A DNA stretch of 64,000 bases, taken from IMG/VR virus record IMGVR_UViG_3300050821_005690, positions 1 through 64,000 of that record. One strand, given 5' to 3'. Every line of letters begins with the position of its first letter. The stretch's first letter is position 1. The position numbers and the translations under genes were made by a program. The stretch comes from a virus. Under the pieces are notes generated by a model. The model saw only the letters and a program-made list of their open reading frames with translations. It searched no databases and had not been told where the DNA came from. Shown one piece after another: positions 27,908 through 37,802 of this stretch.

Positions 27908-28807
27908 ATGTCAGACACGACTGATAATCCCCGCGCTGTAATCGGAGACAACCGCGCCCAAAGCGCGGCAGAGAACGTCAAGGCTTACTTAGAGCGGGAT
28001 TATGCGCACCTCTTCAGGGAAGTTGATACGCTCCTTGGCGAAGCGCGGGAGGCACCCAAAGAGGTGCTGGACGATAATGGGGCGACAGCGCTGGGCAGCT
28101 TAATCAAGCGCCTTCGTGAGCTTGATGGGCGAATTGAGGCGGTGCGAGAAACGGAGAAGGCCCCCCATCGACTGTCAGCCGATGCTGTTGATTCCGTTTG
28201 CTTCCCCCTTCGGGAGAAGCTCGCGCGCCGCAACCCTCGCGATCTCAAGCAGAAGGCCGGGGCGGCCGATATCCTGCAGGCGAGGATTAACGACTACCTC
28301 GAACGCAAGCGGCTGGAGGAAGAGGCGCGGCGGCAGGCTGAGGCCGAGCGCCTAGCGGCGGAAGCCCGCGCGCGCCAGGAAGAGGAAGCTCGGGCCCGGC
28401 GTGCCGCCGAAGAGGCCGCAGCCTCGGCAGAGCGCGCCCGGAATGCCGAGCGGATCGCCGAGAAATCGGCACTTGCCAAGGTCGAGGCCGAGCGCGCCGC
28501 GGCGGCTGCGGTCGAGGCGGAGGTTGCCCGGCAGGCGGCGCAGGAGGCGCATATCGCCACCTTGGCTAAGCCCGCCGAGATGAGCCGGACGCGCGGCGAC
28601 GGCGTGCTGCTGACCCAGGCGCGGGAGGGGTACGCGATCCTGGCCGATCGCAGCCAGATCACGGCCGAGGTGGCAATGATGCTGCTGCCTCATTTCACTG
28701 ATGCCGAGATCGAGAAGGCGGCTCGGGGTTTCGCCAAGGCAACGAACCACGGGAAGCCGCTCGCTGGGTTCGAGATCGGGTTCCGCCGCAAGGGGGTGAC
28801 CCGGTAA
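27908..28807 (+). CDS. coiled-coil protein of the recombination module
   Basis: RAVIGDN N-terminus and a long E/A/R-rich helix; GAAAGGA RBS. Confidence 0.75.
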   Translation: MSDTTDNPRAVIGDNRAQSAAENVKAYLERDYAHLFREVDTLLGEAREAPKEVLDDNGATALGSLIKRLRELDGRIEAVRETEKAPHRLSADAVDSVCFPLREKLARRNPRDLKQKAGAADILQARINDYLERKRLEEEARRQAEAERLAAEARARQEEEARARRAAEEAAASAERARNAERIAEKSALAKVEAERAAAAAVEAEVARQAAQEAHIATLAKPAEMSRTRGDGVLLTQAREGYAILADRSQITAEVAMMLLPHFTDAEIEKAARGFAKATNHGKPLAGFEIGFRRKGVTR

Positions 28808-29256
28808 TGGCGGGCGTTAATAAGGCGATCCTTGTTGGCAATGTCGGCAAGGACCCAGACGTCCGTAGCATGCAAAGCGGCGGTTCGGTCGCGAGCTTCT
28901 CGGTGGCCACGTCTAAGTCCTGGAAGGACAAGGCGACCGGCGAGAGGAAGGAGCAGACCGACTGGCACAATGTGGTCGTGTTCAACGAGCATTTGGTACG
29001 GGTGGTCGAGCAGTACGTACATAAAGGTACAAAATTGTATGTTGAAGGCGAAATGCGGACCCGCAAGTACACCGATCGGGATGGCGTCGAGCGCTATCGG
29101 ACCGAGGTGGTGCTTGGTGCCTTCAAGGCGCAGTTGATCGTGCTGGATCGGCGCGAGGGTGGCGGCGGGGCTCCGGCCGACGAGTCAGCGTATGGGACGC
29201 CCAAGAGCACTCCAACCGGGAGGAAGGCGGACTTTGACGACGAGATTCCGTTTTAG
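28807..29256 (+). CDS. ssb: single-stranded DNA-binding protein
   Basis: VNKAILVGNVGKDP, FSVATS.SWKDK, WHNVV, KG..LYVEG, DDEIPF tail. Confidence 0.96.
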   Translation: MAGVNKAILVGNVGKDPDVRSMQSGGSVASFSVATSKSWKDKATGERKEQTDWHNVVVFNEHLVRVVEQYVHKGTKLYVEGEMRTRKYTDRDGVERYRTEVVLGAFKAQLIVLDRREGGGGAPADESAYGTPKSTPTGRKADFDDEIPF

Positions 29257-29268
29257 GGAAGGAAGCTG

Positions 29269-29487
29269 ATGGCTCGTACCAAGAAAGAGCGCGAAAAGCA
29301 GGGCGGCAGATTCTGTGAGATCTGCGAGTGGTTCAATTGGCGCAATGATGAACCGGACGCGGGCATGGGATACTGCCGACGCTACCCACCAGTAATCGAG
29401 GTCGATAAGAGTGCGGCTGACGGCTGGCCTAATGTGCGGCTCACCGACTGGTGCGGAGAATGGCAACGACGGGGAGGGATCACATGA
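29269..29487 (+). CDS. small Cys-rich protein
   Basis: CEIC...G.CRRYPP...WP.V..TDWCGEW. Confidence 0.7.
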   Translation: MARTKKEREKQGGRFCEICEWFNWRNDEPDAGMGYCRRYPPVIEVDKSAADGWPNVRLTDWCGEWQRRGGIT

Positions 29488-30440
29488 AGCGTCGCACGAA
29501 GGTCCGTAAGCCTGCCCGCAAGGCGCCCTCTCGTGCCGTTGCGATGGTCAAGGAGCCTCCTGCGCCCGTACTGCGAACCGGCAATCAGGCCTTGGACGAA
29601 TTGCTTGTCCTGGCGCGCGCTGCGTCCGACCCGAGGTGTGATCCGACGAAGATGGTGGTGCTGCGGGACATGATAACGGACATTCGCCGTGAGCGCCGTG
29701 AGGAAGCATTCACTCGCGACTTCCTCGAAATGCAGGGGAAGTTGCCGGAGATCAATCAGGACGGCAAGATCGAGATCACCCCCAAGGAAACCGCGCGCAG
29801 CCAGAAGAAGCAGGTGACCCGCTTCGCGACGTTCGCAAACATCCATCACGCTGTCATGCCGGTGCTCACACGGCACAACTTCATTCTTTGGCATCAGACC
29901 AATATCGGGGCTGGTGGCGTCGGCATTGTCGTTGAGACGTTCCTCAAGCACACTCAGGGACACCATACAAGCAGCGTCATCGCCCTGGTGCTCGACACCA
30001 CGGGGAGCAAGAACAACAACCAGGGCGCGGGCTCATCGTCCTCGTATGGTAAGCGGTACAACACGATTGCGCTGCTCAACATCGTGAGCCGGGCGATGGA
30101 CGATGCGGATCTGGACGGGCACACGGCCGAGCGCGTCGTGCGCAAGGTGCCGCTTGAAGCTACCCAAAATCCCGGCCTTACGTCCACCCAGAATCCAGCC
30201 CCGACCGAAGCCACGGTTGAGGTGGTCGAGGAAGCTGCGTCGGTCGTTACGATTGATATGGAGCAAGCCCAGAAGTTATCGACAGCGATCGTGGATTGCG
30301 GCGTGCCCGCGCACCTCTTTAAGGCCAAGTACGGCGAGCCAGCCGAGTTACCGGCCGCTCGATTCTCTGAGGCCATGCAGGCTTGTACGGATTACAAGCG
30401 CCGGATGAGCGACTCCCAGAAGATGGCAAGTGCGGGGTAG
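29484..30440 (+). CDS. erf: ERF-family ssDNA-annealing protein
   Basis: FA.FA.I...V.PVL..H, LKH..GH, NNQG.GSS.SYGKRY, D.DG. Confidence 0.85.
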   Translation: MKRRTKVRKPARKAPSRAVAMVKEPPAPVLRTGNQALDELLVLARAASDPRCDPTKMVVLRDMITDIRRERREEAFTRDFLEMQGKLPEINQDGKIEITPKETARSQKKQVTRFATFANIHHAVMPVLTRHNFILWHQTNIGAGGVGIVVETFLKHTQGHHTSSVIALVLDTTGSKNNNQGAGSSSSYGKRYNTIALLNIVSRAMDDADLDGHTAERVVRKVPLEATQNPGLTSTQNPAPTEATVEVVEEAASVVTIDMEQAQKLSTAIVDCGVPAHLFKAKYGEPAELPAARFSEAMQACTDYKRRMSDSQKMASAG

Positions 30441-30471
30441 CAAATGACGCTTGAAATTGAGATAGGAGGAG

Positions 30472-30756
30472 GTGATGAAGCAGAAAGATGCAGCAGCAGT
30501 TGCCGAAATGGTGGAAGCTCTAAGGAGATTGCCCAAGGTGCGTCGCGCACTCGCCGATAAGGCGCCGCGCGATGCGTACTACGAAAGTGTCCATCTCGAA
30601 ATGTCAGCCGCCGAAATGGAAGGAAGAGAGAGCGGCGGAGCCACTCACTATTTCTATTTGCCGCCATCGATCGGCCGCGAGGTGCTCGACGCCGTCAAGA
30701 ACATCGTTCGAGACGAGTTGAGAAAGCTGGGCGTGACATTGAGGAAGAAAGCATGA
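30472..30756 (+). CDS. hypothetical protein
   Basis: AGGAGGAGG RBS; ATGA overlap with the YqaJ-like gene. Confidence 0.65.
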   Translation: MMKQKDAAAVAEMVEALRRLPKVRRALADKAPRDAYYESVHLEMSAAEMEGRESGGATHYFYLPPSIGREVLDAVKNIVRDELRKLGVTLRKKA

Positions 30757-31430
30757 CGCGCGCCAGCGTGGACATCTTCGACGTCGAGCAAGTCTCGGAA
30801 GACTGGTTTGCGCTGCGGCGCGGCATTCCTACCGCCTCGAAATTCAATGCCATCATGGCCGACGGTCGAGGTGTCGAGCCCAGTGAGACGCGCAAAAAAT
30901 ATATGCTCAATCTTGCTGGTGAAATCCTGACCGGGATCACCGCCGAGGACTTCCAAAACGAATACATGAAGCGCGGCAAGCGCATGGAGCCCTTGGCGCT
31001 AGACTGGTACGAGCGCACGCACTTTGCGGACCTGCAGCGGGTTGGGTTCGTGCGGCGAACGATTGTCCAGGCTTTCGCCGATGAGTTCTTTGTCGGCGGC
31101 TCGCCCGATGCTTACTGGTCCGAGCAAAAGAGGGTCATCGAAGTCAAAACCATGATGCCACGGCTTATCATCCCGATCGCGAAGAAGGGGACCGCAGCTT
31201 TCCCGGCGGAGCATTGGGCGCAATGCCAGGGGTATATGTGGATCATGGGCGCTGATACTTGCGACTTGGTCATATTCTATGAAGGATGGCGGGCCCCGCC
31301 GAAGTTCACGATCGAGCGCGACGAGAACTACATCGACAGGCTCTCGTCGCAGGTTCAGGTGTTTGTGCACGAGCTACGCGCCTTGGTAAACGAAATCCGA
31401 TCGAGGGATAAGGCGTGGGGGGCGCTGTGA
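30753..31430 (+). CDS. YqaJ/lambda-exonuclease-like recombination nuclease
   Basis: Q.SE.W..LRRG.PTAS, M.RG..MEP.A, G.SPDA, IEVK, Q.Q..MW. Confidence 0.9.
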   Translation: MTRASVDIFDVEQVSEDWFALRRGIPTASKFNAIMADGRGVEPSETRKKYMLNLAGEILTGITAEDFQNEYMKRGKRMEPLALDWYERTHFADLQRVGFVRRTIVQAFADEFFVGGSPDAYWSEQKRVIEVKTMMPRLIIPIAKKGTAAFPAEHWAQCQGYMWIMGADTCDLVIFYEGWRAPPKFTIERDENYIDRLSSQVQVFVHELRALVNEIRSRDKAWGAL

Positions 31431-32005
31431 GCCGGAAGCAGCCGATCGTCTATCATTGGAAGCAGGTCGAGATTACGGACGAGCATGGGGAAATCCAGCG
31501 CGTTAATGCCATGGTGCCCCTGCTGCGCTATCACAACGTCGCCGCCCGCCAATTCGTCGAGGGGGCCGAATATATCTTGGCAGAAGTCGAGGAGCGCTCG
31601 CGGGCTTCGCACAATCAATACTTCGCTGCCCTGCACCAGGGTTTTGAGAACCTGCCGGAGAGAATCCAGGCGCATTTTCCCACGGTCGAGCACCTGCGCG
31701 CATGGCTGCTGATCGATACAGGCTGCTGCGAAAAAAAGGAATTCAGGCTCGCTAACGAGATGGAAAAGAAGCGGCTCGGGACGTTCATTCGTACACAGAG
31801 TCGCTATGCGCGCATTACTCCTACTCAAATTGATGGATTTCCTGTTTTGATTGTCGAAACCCCGCTATCGCAATCGATGCGGGAGATGGGGAAACAGGAG
31901 TTCGAGGATAGTAAGAGGAAGGTGCTCAGCCGCTTGGAGGACCTCCTGGATGTACCGCGCGGCACGCTGAAGAAGAACGCGCGGTCGGTGCATGCGGCTC
32001 TATAG
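31427..32005 (+). CDS. DUF1367/NinB-like recombination accessory protein
   Basis: ERS..SH.QYFA.L, EHLR.W.LI.TG.C, SQS...M....FE.SK..VL. Confidence 0.6.
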   Translation: MSRKQPIVYHWKQVEITDEHGEIQRVNAMVPLLRYHNVAARQFVEGAEYILAEVEERSRASHNQYFAALHQGFENLPERIQAHFPTVEHLRAWLLIDTGCCEKKEFRLANEMEKKRLGTFIRTQSRYARITPTQIDGFPVLIVETPLSQSMREMGKQEFEDSKRKVLSRLEDLLDVPRGTLKKNARSVHAAL

Positions 32006-32016
32006 GAGACAAAAAG

Positions 32017-33129
32017 GTGAATTATTTTCTGCGACTTAAACGGTTCTTGTGGTCGAGGTTCGTGCGCAAGGCCAGCGTGGAGACTGTCCCGCCGCCGGTC
32101 CTCTCTCCAGCGATCCCCGCCGCTCCGCGCCGGGAGCCCTCCCCGGCACGAAAGGAAGCGGCGCGAATAGCAAAACTGCGGCGCGAGATAGCGGATAAAT
32201 CGAATTTCCTGCTCGATCTCTTCATGTCCCCGAAGCTCCGTAGGTTCGACGACAAGCGTGGCGGTAACGATGCGCGAGAGGCCGTCAACGAAACAATCGG
32301 AGATTTTTTCTGCATCGAATTCGCAGATGAAATGCCCGGGGGAAGCAAATGGTTGGCGCTCAGGCCCGAAGAAGAGGACACCCGGGAGTTTGCTGAAACA
32401 ATGTGGCCGCTGAATATCGGCACGGTCATGCGGCATGACGACGGCCGGAACAGCCAGCACGGCGGCGAATGGGAGTTCTTGCGCATTCGGACTGCCAGCG
32501 CTCAAGAATTGAGGGGCCGCATCCGCATTGTCCCGCCCAAGATCGTTCTCATGTCCAATGTGAAATTCTTCGATGACGGTGCTTGGTACGGGGAAACACT
32601 CCCACTTGGCCTTATCGGCAACAAGTGGGTTCCTCTCGACACGAACATGGAGCGTAGCCGCAAAATCGGATCGATAGATGGCACTGAAGCGGTCTGTTCT
32701 CGGCTAGTCTCCGATCAGGTCAGGGACCAGTGCACCCTAACCGTAAGCATGTCGTGCTCGGTAGCGTTGACCGAACGATATAATTGGCACGCCGCCTTGG
32801 GGCCGCCCGATGGCGCGCGCCTGCTTCTCCCGACGAATCCATCGGGGTGCCTTGATCTCTTCAAGAACAGGCAGAAAGGAAGCACAGAGCGCCGCCGTTC
32901 GGCGCTGCGCCATTGGGTTGGGAATCACTTCCGAGAAGCTGGCCAGATCGGTTTGTCCTATGTCCGCGATCACTTGCGCGGAGCTACTCATTTCAATTGG
33001 TACGACCTCTCTTGTGACCTAATGGTCAGTGATTTTGATCTGGAAAAAAACGAAGTCTTCCAGCTTGAGGCCGAGAAGTGGCGGCGTAATCGGCAGAACA
33101 ACAGAGTGCGTGTGCGCATCAAGCGATGA
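32017..33129 (+). CDS. hypothetical protein
   Basis: 370-aa ORF with AGGAG RBS; ALRHWV..H.R...VR.HLRG C-terminal motif. Confidence 0.7.
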   Translation: MNYFLRLKRFLWSRFVRKASVETVPPPVLSPAIPAAPRREPSPARKEAARIAKLRREIADKSNFLLDLFMSPKLRRFDDKRGGNDAREAVNETIGDFFCIEFADEMPGGSKWLALRPEEEDTREFAETMWPLNIGTVMRHDDGRNSQHGGEWEFLRIRTASAQELRGRIRIVPPKIVLMSNVKFFDDGAWYGETLPLGLIGNKWVPLDTNMERSRKIGSIDGTEAVCSRLVSDQVRDQCTLTVSMSCSVALTERYNWHAALGPPDGARLLLPTNPSGCLDLFKNRQKGSTERRRSALRHWVGNHFREAGQIGLSYVRDHLRGATHFNWYDLSCDLMVSDFDLEKNEVFQLEAEKWRRNRQNNRVRVRIKR

Positions 33130-33686
33130 GATTGTTCAGGCCTTACATCCCCGTCGAGGTGCGCTGTCGGGTGGCGATGCGCCAGCTTGGCGAGATGTGG
33201 CCGGACGACGTCATTAGGAGTTGGAGTGTAAGGCCCGGAGACGCCTATCTGAGAGGGATAGGGGTGCCAACGTATCGGCCCGGGCTTGCCGCGCTTCTCG
33301 ATGACAAGCTTCGGAAACTGGCCGATCTTCTCGACAGCAAGGTCGAGGAACTGCGCCTCGACCACGATCCGGCCTTGGCGACGCGCGCGCGGACCGGCGA
33401 GGGCAAGAAGACGACCTATACCCCGGCCGCGAACGATCCCGAGTTCATGATCTACCGGACCGTGCACGGCCATCACCTCAAGACCAATGTACGAGGGGAT
33501 GGCGCGCAGTATCCAGACCGTGTCCTGATCAAGCGCGAGCGGAAGCGGCGTCAAGCCAAGGAACGAAAGATTTGCAGGCGGTGTCAGCGTAACTATGCGC
33601 TTGCAGGTAAGCGATTGTGCGATCGTTGCATGAAGGTGGCCCGAAAACTCAAATGGGGGAGCTGGAATCTTGGAGGGAGGCGATGA
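33126..33686 (+). CDS. HNH-like nuclease with C-terminal zinc finger
   Basis: LDHDPAL...NDP...H..KT; CRRC...CDRC. Confidence 0.6.
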   Translation: MRLFRPYIPVEVRCRVAMRQLGEMWPDDVIRSWSVRPGDAYLRGIGVPTYRPGLAALLDDKLRKLADLLDSKVEELRLDHDPALATRARTGEGKKTTYTPAANDPEFMIYRTVHGHHLKTNVRGDGAQYPDRVLIKRERKRRQAKERKICRRCQRNYALAGKRLCDRCMKVARKLKWGSWNLGGRR

Positions 33687-34062
33687 GACGTCGAGTCCGC
33701 ATACGGAAGCAAGAGGCCGATTTCATCCAGGAGGTGCTCTTTACAATCAGTCGTCGGCAGTGCGAACTATTTTTAGAGTGGCTGGCAGACGAAAACGCTG
33801 ACGACCTATGGGACTGGATGAAGCCGAAGCGGAAAGTTAAACGGCCCGATGATGACAACGGAGAATCAAAGTCGTAGGCGCCTCGCCCAGCAATGGCTGG
33901 CGGCCTGGAAACTGCTGCCGCCGGATCTGCGGGCGGCGATAGCCTGGGTGATCGAGCGCGATCCCTTGCTTTTGGAGGTGTTTGGGTTTGGAGGCTTAGA
34001 CAAGTCTTCCTCCGATTCGAATCGTGCTATATGATGGCCACCTTTCAAGGGGAGCGAGATCG

Positions 34063-35025
34063 ATGACAGAGATTCAGACTCCGGCAGTTCCCGAGGACGC
34101 CGGTGTGACCCAGGCTAAGGCGGCCCTGGCGAGGGCCACCGATGACGAAGCGAAGGCCGAAGTGGCGCTGACGAAGGCCAAGGAAGCTCTCGCAAAGGCG
34201 ACCGACGACGCAGCGAAGGCCACCGATGACGCGACGAAAGCTCAAGCACAGGCGTCCGTGGCCAAGGCGACCGATGATGCGGCCAAGGCTCAGACGGCCC
34301 TGGATGCGGCGGCTGCCGCGAAGATCCAGGCAGCGAGCGCTGTCAAGCCGGATAGCGGCGCCGTAGCAAGGGCCACCGAGGGCGTGGAGGAAGCCAAGCT
34401 GGAGTTGGCTCGGGCCCAACTGGCCTTGACGAACGCCGTCGACGAGGCGGCTGCAGCGAAGGCTACCGACAGTCTGGCGAGGGCCCAGGCGGCCTTGGCT
34501 CTGGCCCAGGCGGCTTTGGCGAAAGCCACTGACGATGCGGCGAAGGCCCAAGCTCAGACGGCCGTCGAGAAGGCTACCAGCGATGTGGCCCAGGCCCAGG
34601 CGGCTTTGGCGGTGGCCCAGGCGGCCGTCGAGAAGGACAAGGCCTCGGCGAAGGCCATGAGCGAGGCGAAGGCTGTGGCCGCGACTGTGCCGAAGGTGGC
34701 GAAGATTGTCCCGGCTACTGACGAAGAGGCGATGGCCGTAGCTCAGGCCATGGACGTGGACGACAAGCTGGATTGGACTAGCCTCGACCACGACAAGGTC
34801 AACGAGCGTACCAGCGCCATGGAATGGGCGCGGAGGCACATCGCGGCTTTCCGGGCTTGCACCAACCTTGGAAGCGCTACGGCGAAAACGCCAGCCAAGA
34901 AAGTTCTGATCACCTCGCCTGCTGGTAAGCCGGAGGCGATTGTCGTGGCACCGGATGTCGTCCGACCGCCACCGCTCGGATCCTTCACCCAATCGGCCGG
35001 GGCGCCAATGGGGTCTCGTCCGTAA
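34063..35025 (+). CDS. Ala-rich repeat protein (AKATDDAAKA units)
   Basis: Multiple ATDDAAKA / AQAALA repeats; strong codon bias. Confidence 0.75.
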   Translation: MTEIQTPAVPEDAGVTQAKAALARATDDEAKAEVALTKAKEALAKATDDAAKATDDATKAQAQASVAKATDDAAKAQTALDAAAAAKIQAASAVKPDSGAVARATEGVEEAKLELARAQLALTNAVDEAAAAKATDSLARAQAALALAQAALAKATDDAAKAQAQTAVEKATSDVAQAQAALAVAQAAVEKDKASAKAMSEAKAVAATVPKVAKIVPATDEEAMAVAQAMDVDDKLDWTSLDHDKVNERTSAMEWARRHIAAFRACTNLGSATAKTPAKKVLITSPAGKPEAIVVAPDVVRPPPLGSFTQSAGAPMGSRP

Positions 35026-35127
35026 GGGTCGCCCGGCTAACTTGCGCAGAAACGCAAGTTGGCCTCCTTTTAGGACGGGTCTTGAGCTTTGGAAGTGCGG
35101 CGCGCTTGCGAGCGCAGGAGGGGCGCC

Positions 35128-35637
35128 ATGATCAATCTTGGCGGCGTGTTCAACTTCATCATTGTCTTTGTGGAGTTGCTTGTCATCGGGGGCATGATTT
35201 TTGCCGCGATCGAGTTCATCTCGACTGATGTGCGGTTCAAATATATCGCCAAGATTGCGGTTGGCGGCGTGCTGCTCGTTTTGTTTCTGTTTGCGGCTAA
35301 GGCCGTCTTTCTCGGTGGCGATGGCGGCGCGAATCTGACGCCCATCGGGTTTCTGTGGTTCGCCATCGGCGTGATTCTGACGCTGCTCGTCTGGTACATC
35401 ATCGATGTCGCGCTCGGCTATATCGCCCGGGAGTGGTGGCCGCCTCTAGCTGGCGCGCTCGACATTGTGAGGTTCGTTCTGGCAGGCCTTATGCTTGTGG
35501 TGATCCTGCTGATTGCTGCGAACGTGCTGTTCGGAGCCAATGTCATGGGAGGCGTCACCTTTCGAAACGATCGCCACTCCCAACTTGAGCGGCCCGCGCC
35601 ACGATTGGCTGCCGCCCGAGCTGCCGTCAATCTGTAG
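35128..35637 (+). CDS. multi-pass membrane protein with internal duplication
   Basis: Four hydrophobic helices; AGGAGG RBS. Confidence 0.75.
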   Translation: MINLGGVFNFIIVFVELLVIGGMIFAAIEFISTDVRFKYIAKIAVGGVLLVLFLFAAKAVFLGGDGGANLTPIGFLWFAIGVILTLLVWYIIDVALGYIAREWWPPLAGALDIVRFVLAGLMLVVILLIAANVLFGANVMGGVTFRNDRHSQLERPAPRLAAARAAVNL

Positions 35638-35814
35638 CAAGTGCTAGATGCGCCCGCTCGTCAGGAGATGGCGCAGGGGTCGTGCGGTGGCTACGGGTAC
35701 GGCGTGGGTGAGAGAGGTGGTTATCGTCACCTTCCTCGCCAGCCTGTTTCTCGCAGCGTTCCTGGTTTGGGCGACCGATAGGATCTGGCAATAGCTCTGC
35801 CCGCGGAGGGCCTG

Positions 35815-35970
35815 ATGCTTTCCACCGTCCTGATCATCATCCTCATCCTGTTGCTCCTGGGAGTTATCCCAGCTTGGCCGTACTCGGCTAGTTGGGGAGC
35901 CGGTCCGTCGGGCCTTCTCGGCCTCGTGCTCGTCGTCGTAATAATTTTGTGGTTAGCCGGGCGCCTGTGA
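35815..35970 (+). CDS. DUF3309-family small membrane protein (not in ORF track)
   Basis: MLSTVLIIILILLLLGVIPAWPYSASWGAGPSGLLGLVLVVVIILWLAGRL; GGAGG RBS. Confidence 0.85.
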   Translation: MLSTVLIIILILLLLGVIPAWPYSASWGAGPSGLLGLVLVVVIILWLAGRL

Positions 35971-36287
35971 AGTACACGCGCCACAAGCTTACGTATGCCT
36001 CGCCCGACCAGCCCGCCCTGGTCCGTCTCAAATTCGATGGCAGTAATCGTGCGCTGTATGACGTGCTCGATCGCGCGGCCCGGCGACGCGACTGCTCACG
36101 GCAATACCTAATCTTTGAAATTCTGAACCGCGAGTTTGAAATAAAAACCCCGACCGAGGGGGTTGATGCCTCGGTCGGGGCGCGGCTGGGGGACCACTTC
36201 GCGCGAGACGATCGGGGGGACGAGGGGGCTGTCTCAGCGCGCAGGACGTACATAGCACAGGTGAATAATAGTGCCAAGGGGGTCTAG
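35967..36287 (+). CDS. RHH-like DNA-binding protein
   Basis: LYDVLDRAARRRDCSRQYLIFEIL; GTGA overlap with the previous gene. Confidence 0.5.
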   Translation: MKYTRHKLTYASPDQPALVRLKFDGSNRALYDVLDRAARRRDCSRQYLIFEILNREFEIKTPTEGVDASVGARLGDHFARDDRGDEGAVSARRTYIAQVNNSAKGV

Positions 36288-36320
36288 GGAAGTTTTTCCC
36301 TTTTTTGTGGAGAACGGGCA

Positions 36321-37208
36321 ATGACGGTATTTTCCATCGCTGACCAGGGGGCCAAGGGAAACGGTCGCGCCGATGATACGGCGGCTATCCAGGCCACGGT
36401 CAATCTGGCTCAGCCTGGAGATGTTGTTCGGGTCCCGACAGGCGGCAAGTTCCTGGTCAACGGGCTCGTCGGCCTGGATAACTTCATGAGCGGCGGCATT
36501 TTCCTGAAGTCCGACGTAACGCTGTCGATCGAGGCGGGCGCCTCGCTGCAGGCGATACCCAACGCCTCTGATCACTACACCGTAGTGACCGTGAGGGACT
36601 GCGAGCGCACCAAAATCATCGGTCCCGGTTCGATCATTGGAGATCGAGATCAGCACGCTGCTAATAAGGACGCCACAAGTCAGTGGGGCTTCGGTATTTC
36701 CATCCGCGACAGTCGTAGCGTTGCAGTGCAAAACTTGACGGTTGCTAGATTGTGGGGTGACGCTGTAACGATGACTGGAGTAAGTGGCGTGCTTATTGAT
36801 CGGTCGACGATTGATGGTAATCGTCGGCAAGGCATCTCGGTGCAGGGAGAGAAGATTAAGATCACCAATTGCGTGTTCAAAAATGCAACGATGTCTGATT
36901 TGGACCTAGAAATTGACTTAGCCTCGCAAACACTACGCGATGTTCTTGTTCAGTATTGTAATTTTACCAGCACAAAAGGTGGTCCGGCACACATTGGAGT
37001 GGGTTCGCCAGTCGGCACTTACCGGGGTATTGTCATCAAGGATTGCCAGTTCAATTTGCGGATGCAGCCGATCTTCGTGCACGACAATGCGGGGAATCTT
37101 GGCACGCCTCCTTGGGCGTTCTTGTTGAACCGGGTGTTTTACGAGGGCATGAAGCTGCCAATCTATCGATTCGTCGGCTATCCGCAGTCCTGGTCGAGCG
37201 CTTCATGA
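36321..37208 (+). CDS. right-handed parallel beta-helix (pectin-lyase-like) protein
   Basis: GAKGNG.ADDTAAIQA, V.VP.G, I.GDR..H, WG.GI.I, WGDA, NRRQGISV. Confidence 0.85.
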   Translation: MTVFSIADQGAKGNGRADDTAAIQATVNLAQPGDVVRVPTGGKFLVNGLVGLDNFMSGGIFLKSDVTLSIEAGASLQAIPNASDHYTVVTVRDCERTKIIGPGSIIGDRDQHAANKDATSQWGFGISIRDSRSVAVQNLTVARLWGDAVTMTGVSGVLIDRSTIDGNRRQGISVQGEKIKITNCVFKNATMSDLDLEIDLASQTLRDVLVQYCNFTSTKGGPAHIGVGSPVGTYRGIVIKDCQFNLRMQPIFVHDNAGNLGTPPWAFLLNRVFYEGMKLPIYRFVGYPQSWSSAS

Positions 37209-37293
37209 GGGGAAGCGGACGTACTCCTTGATGACACTTCTCATCATAGCAATCGTCCTGCTTCTTACGCTTTATGGAGCTACCTACCTCAAA

Positions 37294-37330
37294 ACAAAAT
37301 AGCCCCCCCAGGGCGACCTGGGGGGGCCGT
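37294..37330. terminator. terminator between convergent genes
   Basis: GCCCCCCCAGG-GCGA-CCTGGGGGGGC with an A-rich flank. Confidence 0.7.
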
Positions 37331-37340
37331 TCGGGGGCGG

Positions 37341-37802
37341 TCACATAGAGCCTTTTGCGATGGCGTCCAGGGCAGCTTTGCCTTCGAGAGGAAACCGTTT
37401 TGTGACACCGGCTTGTTTGGCCTTGTTTTCCTCGCGACTGATGGTGGCCCTGGTCTTCTTCCGCTCCGCCTGCTCCTGGCGGATGGCCTCGGCTGCGATC
37501 CGGTCTCGCTCTCGCCCGGCGGCTTCCTCGGTCGCCCGGTCCCGGATCAAGAAGGTCGGGATGGTCAAGTCCTCGGCCGTCTTGGGCGCCTCGACCGGGG
37601 GCTCGTACTCGGCTGCAAGCTGGTCGAGGCGAGCTTCCTCTGGCGTCGGCTTTGGCGCTGCCGGCTTCGTGGTCAGGCGCTTGCGCTTGCGCTCGGCCTT
37701 GATGAGGGCGTTGATCGTTCGCTTCAGCCTTCGGCGTAGGCGCTCGATCAGGCGGTCGGTCTTAACGAGTTCGAGATCAGGCGTGATAGTCCGCTTTGGC
37801 AT
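37341..37802 (-). CDS. basic hypothetical protein (DLTIPTFL motif)
   Basis: GGAGG RBS; D..IP.FL.R resembles an FtsZ-tail-like peptide seen in alphaproteobacterial phage proteins. Confidence 0.65.
   Translation of the reverse strand: MPKRTITPDLELVKTDRLIERLRRRLKRTINALIKAERKRKRLTTKPAAPKPTPEEARLDQLAAEYEPPVEAPKTAEDLTIPTFLIRDRATEEAAGRERDRIAAEAIRQEQAERKKTRATISREENKAKQAGVTKRFPLEGKAALDAIAKGSM

Noticed and set aside
34045-34992. 315-aa minus-strand ORF
   Set aside because: Antisense shadow of the Ala-rich repeat gene.
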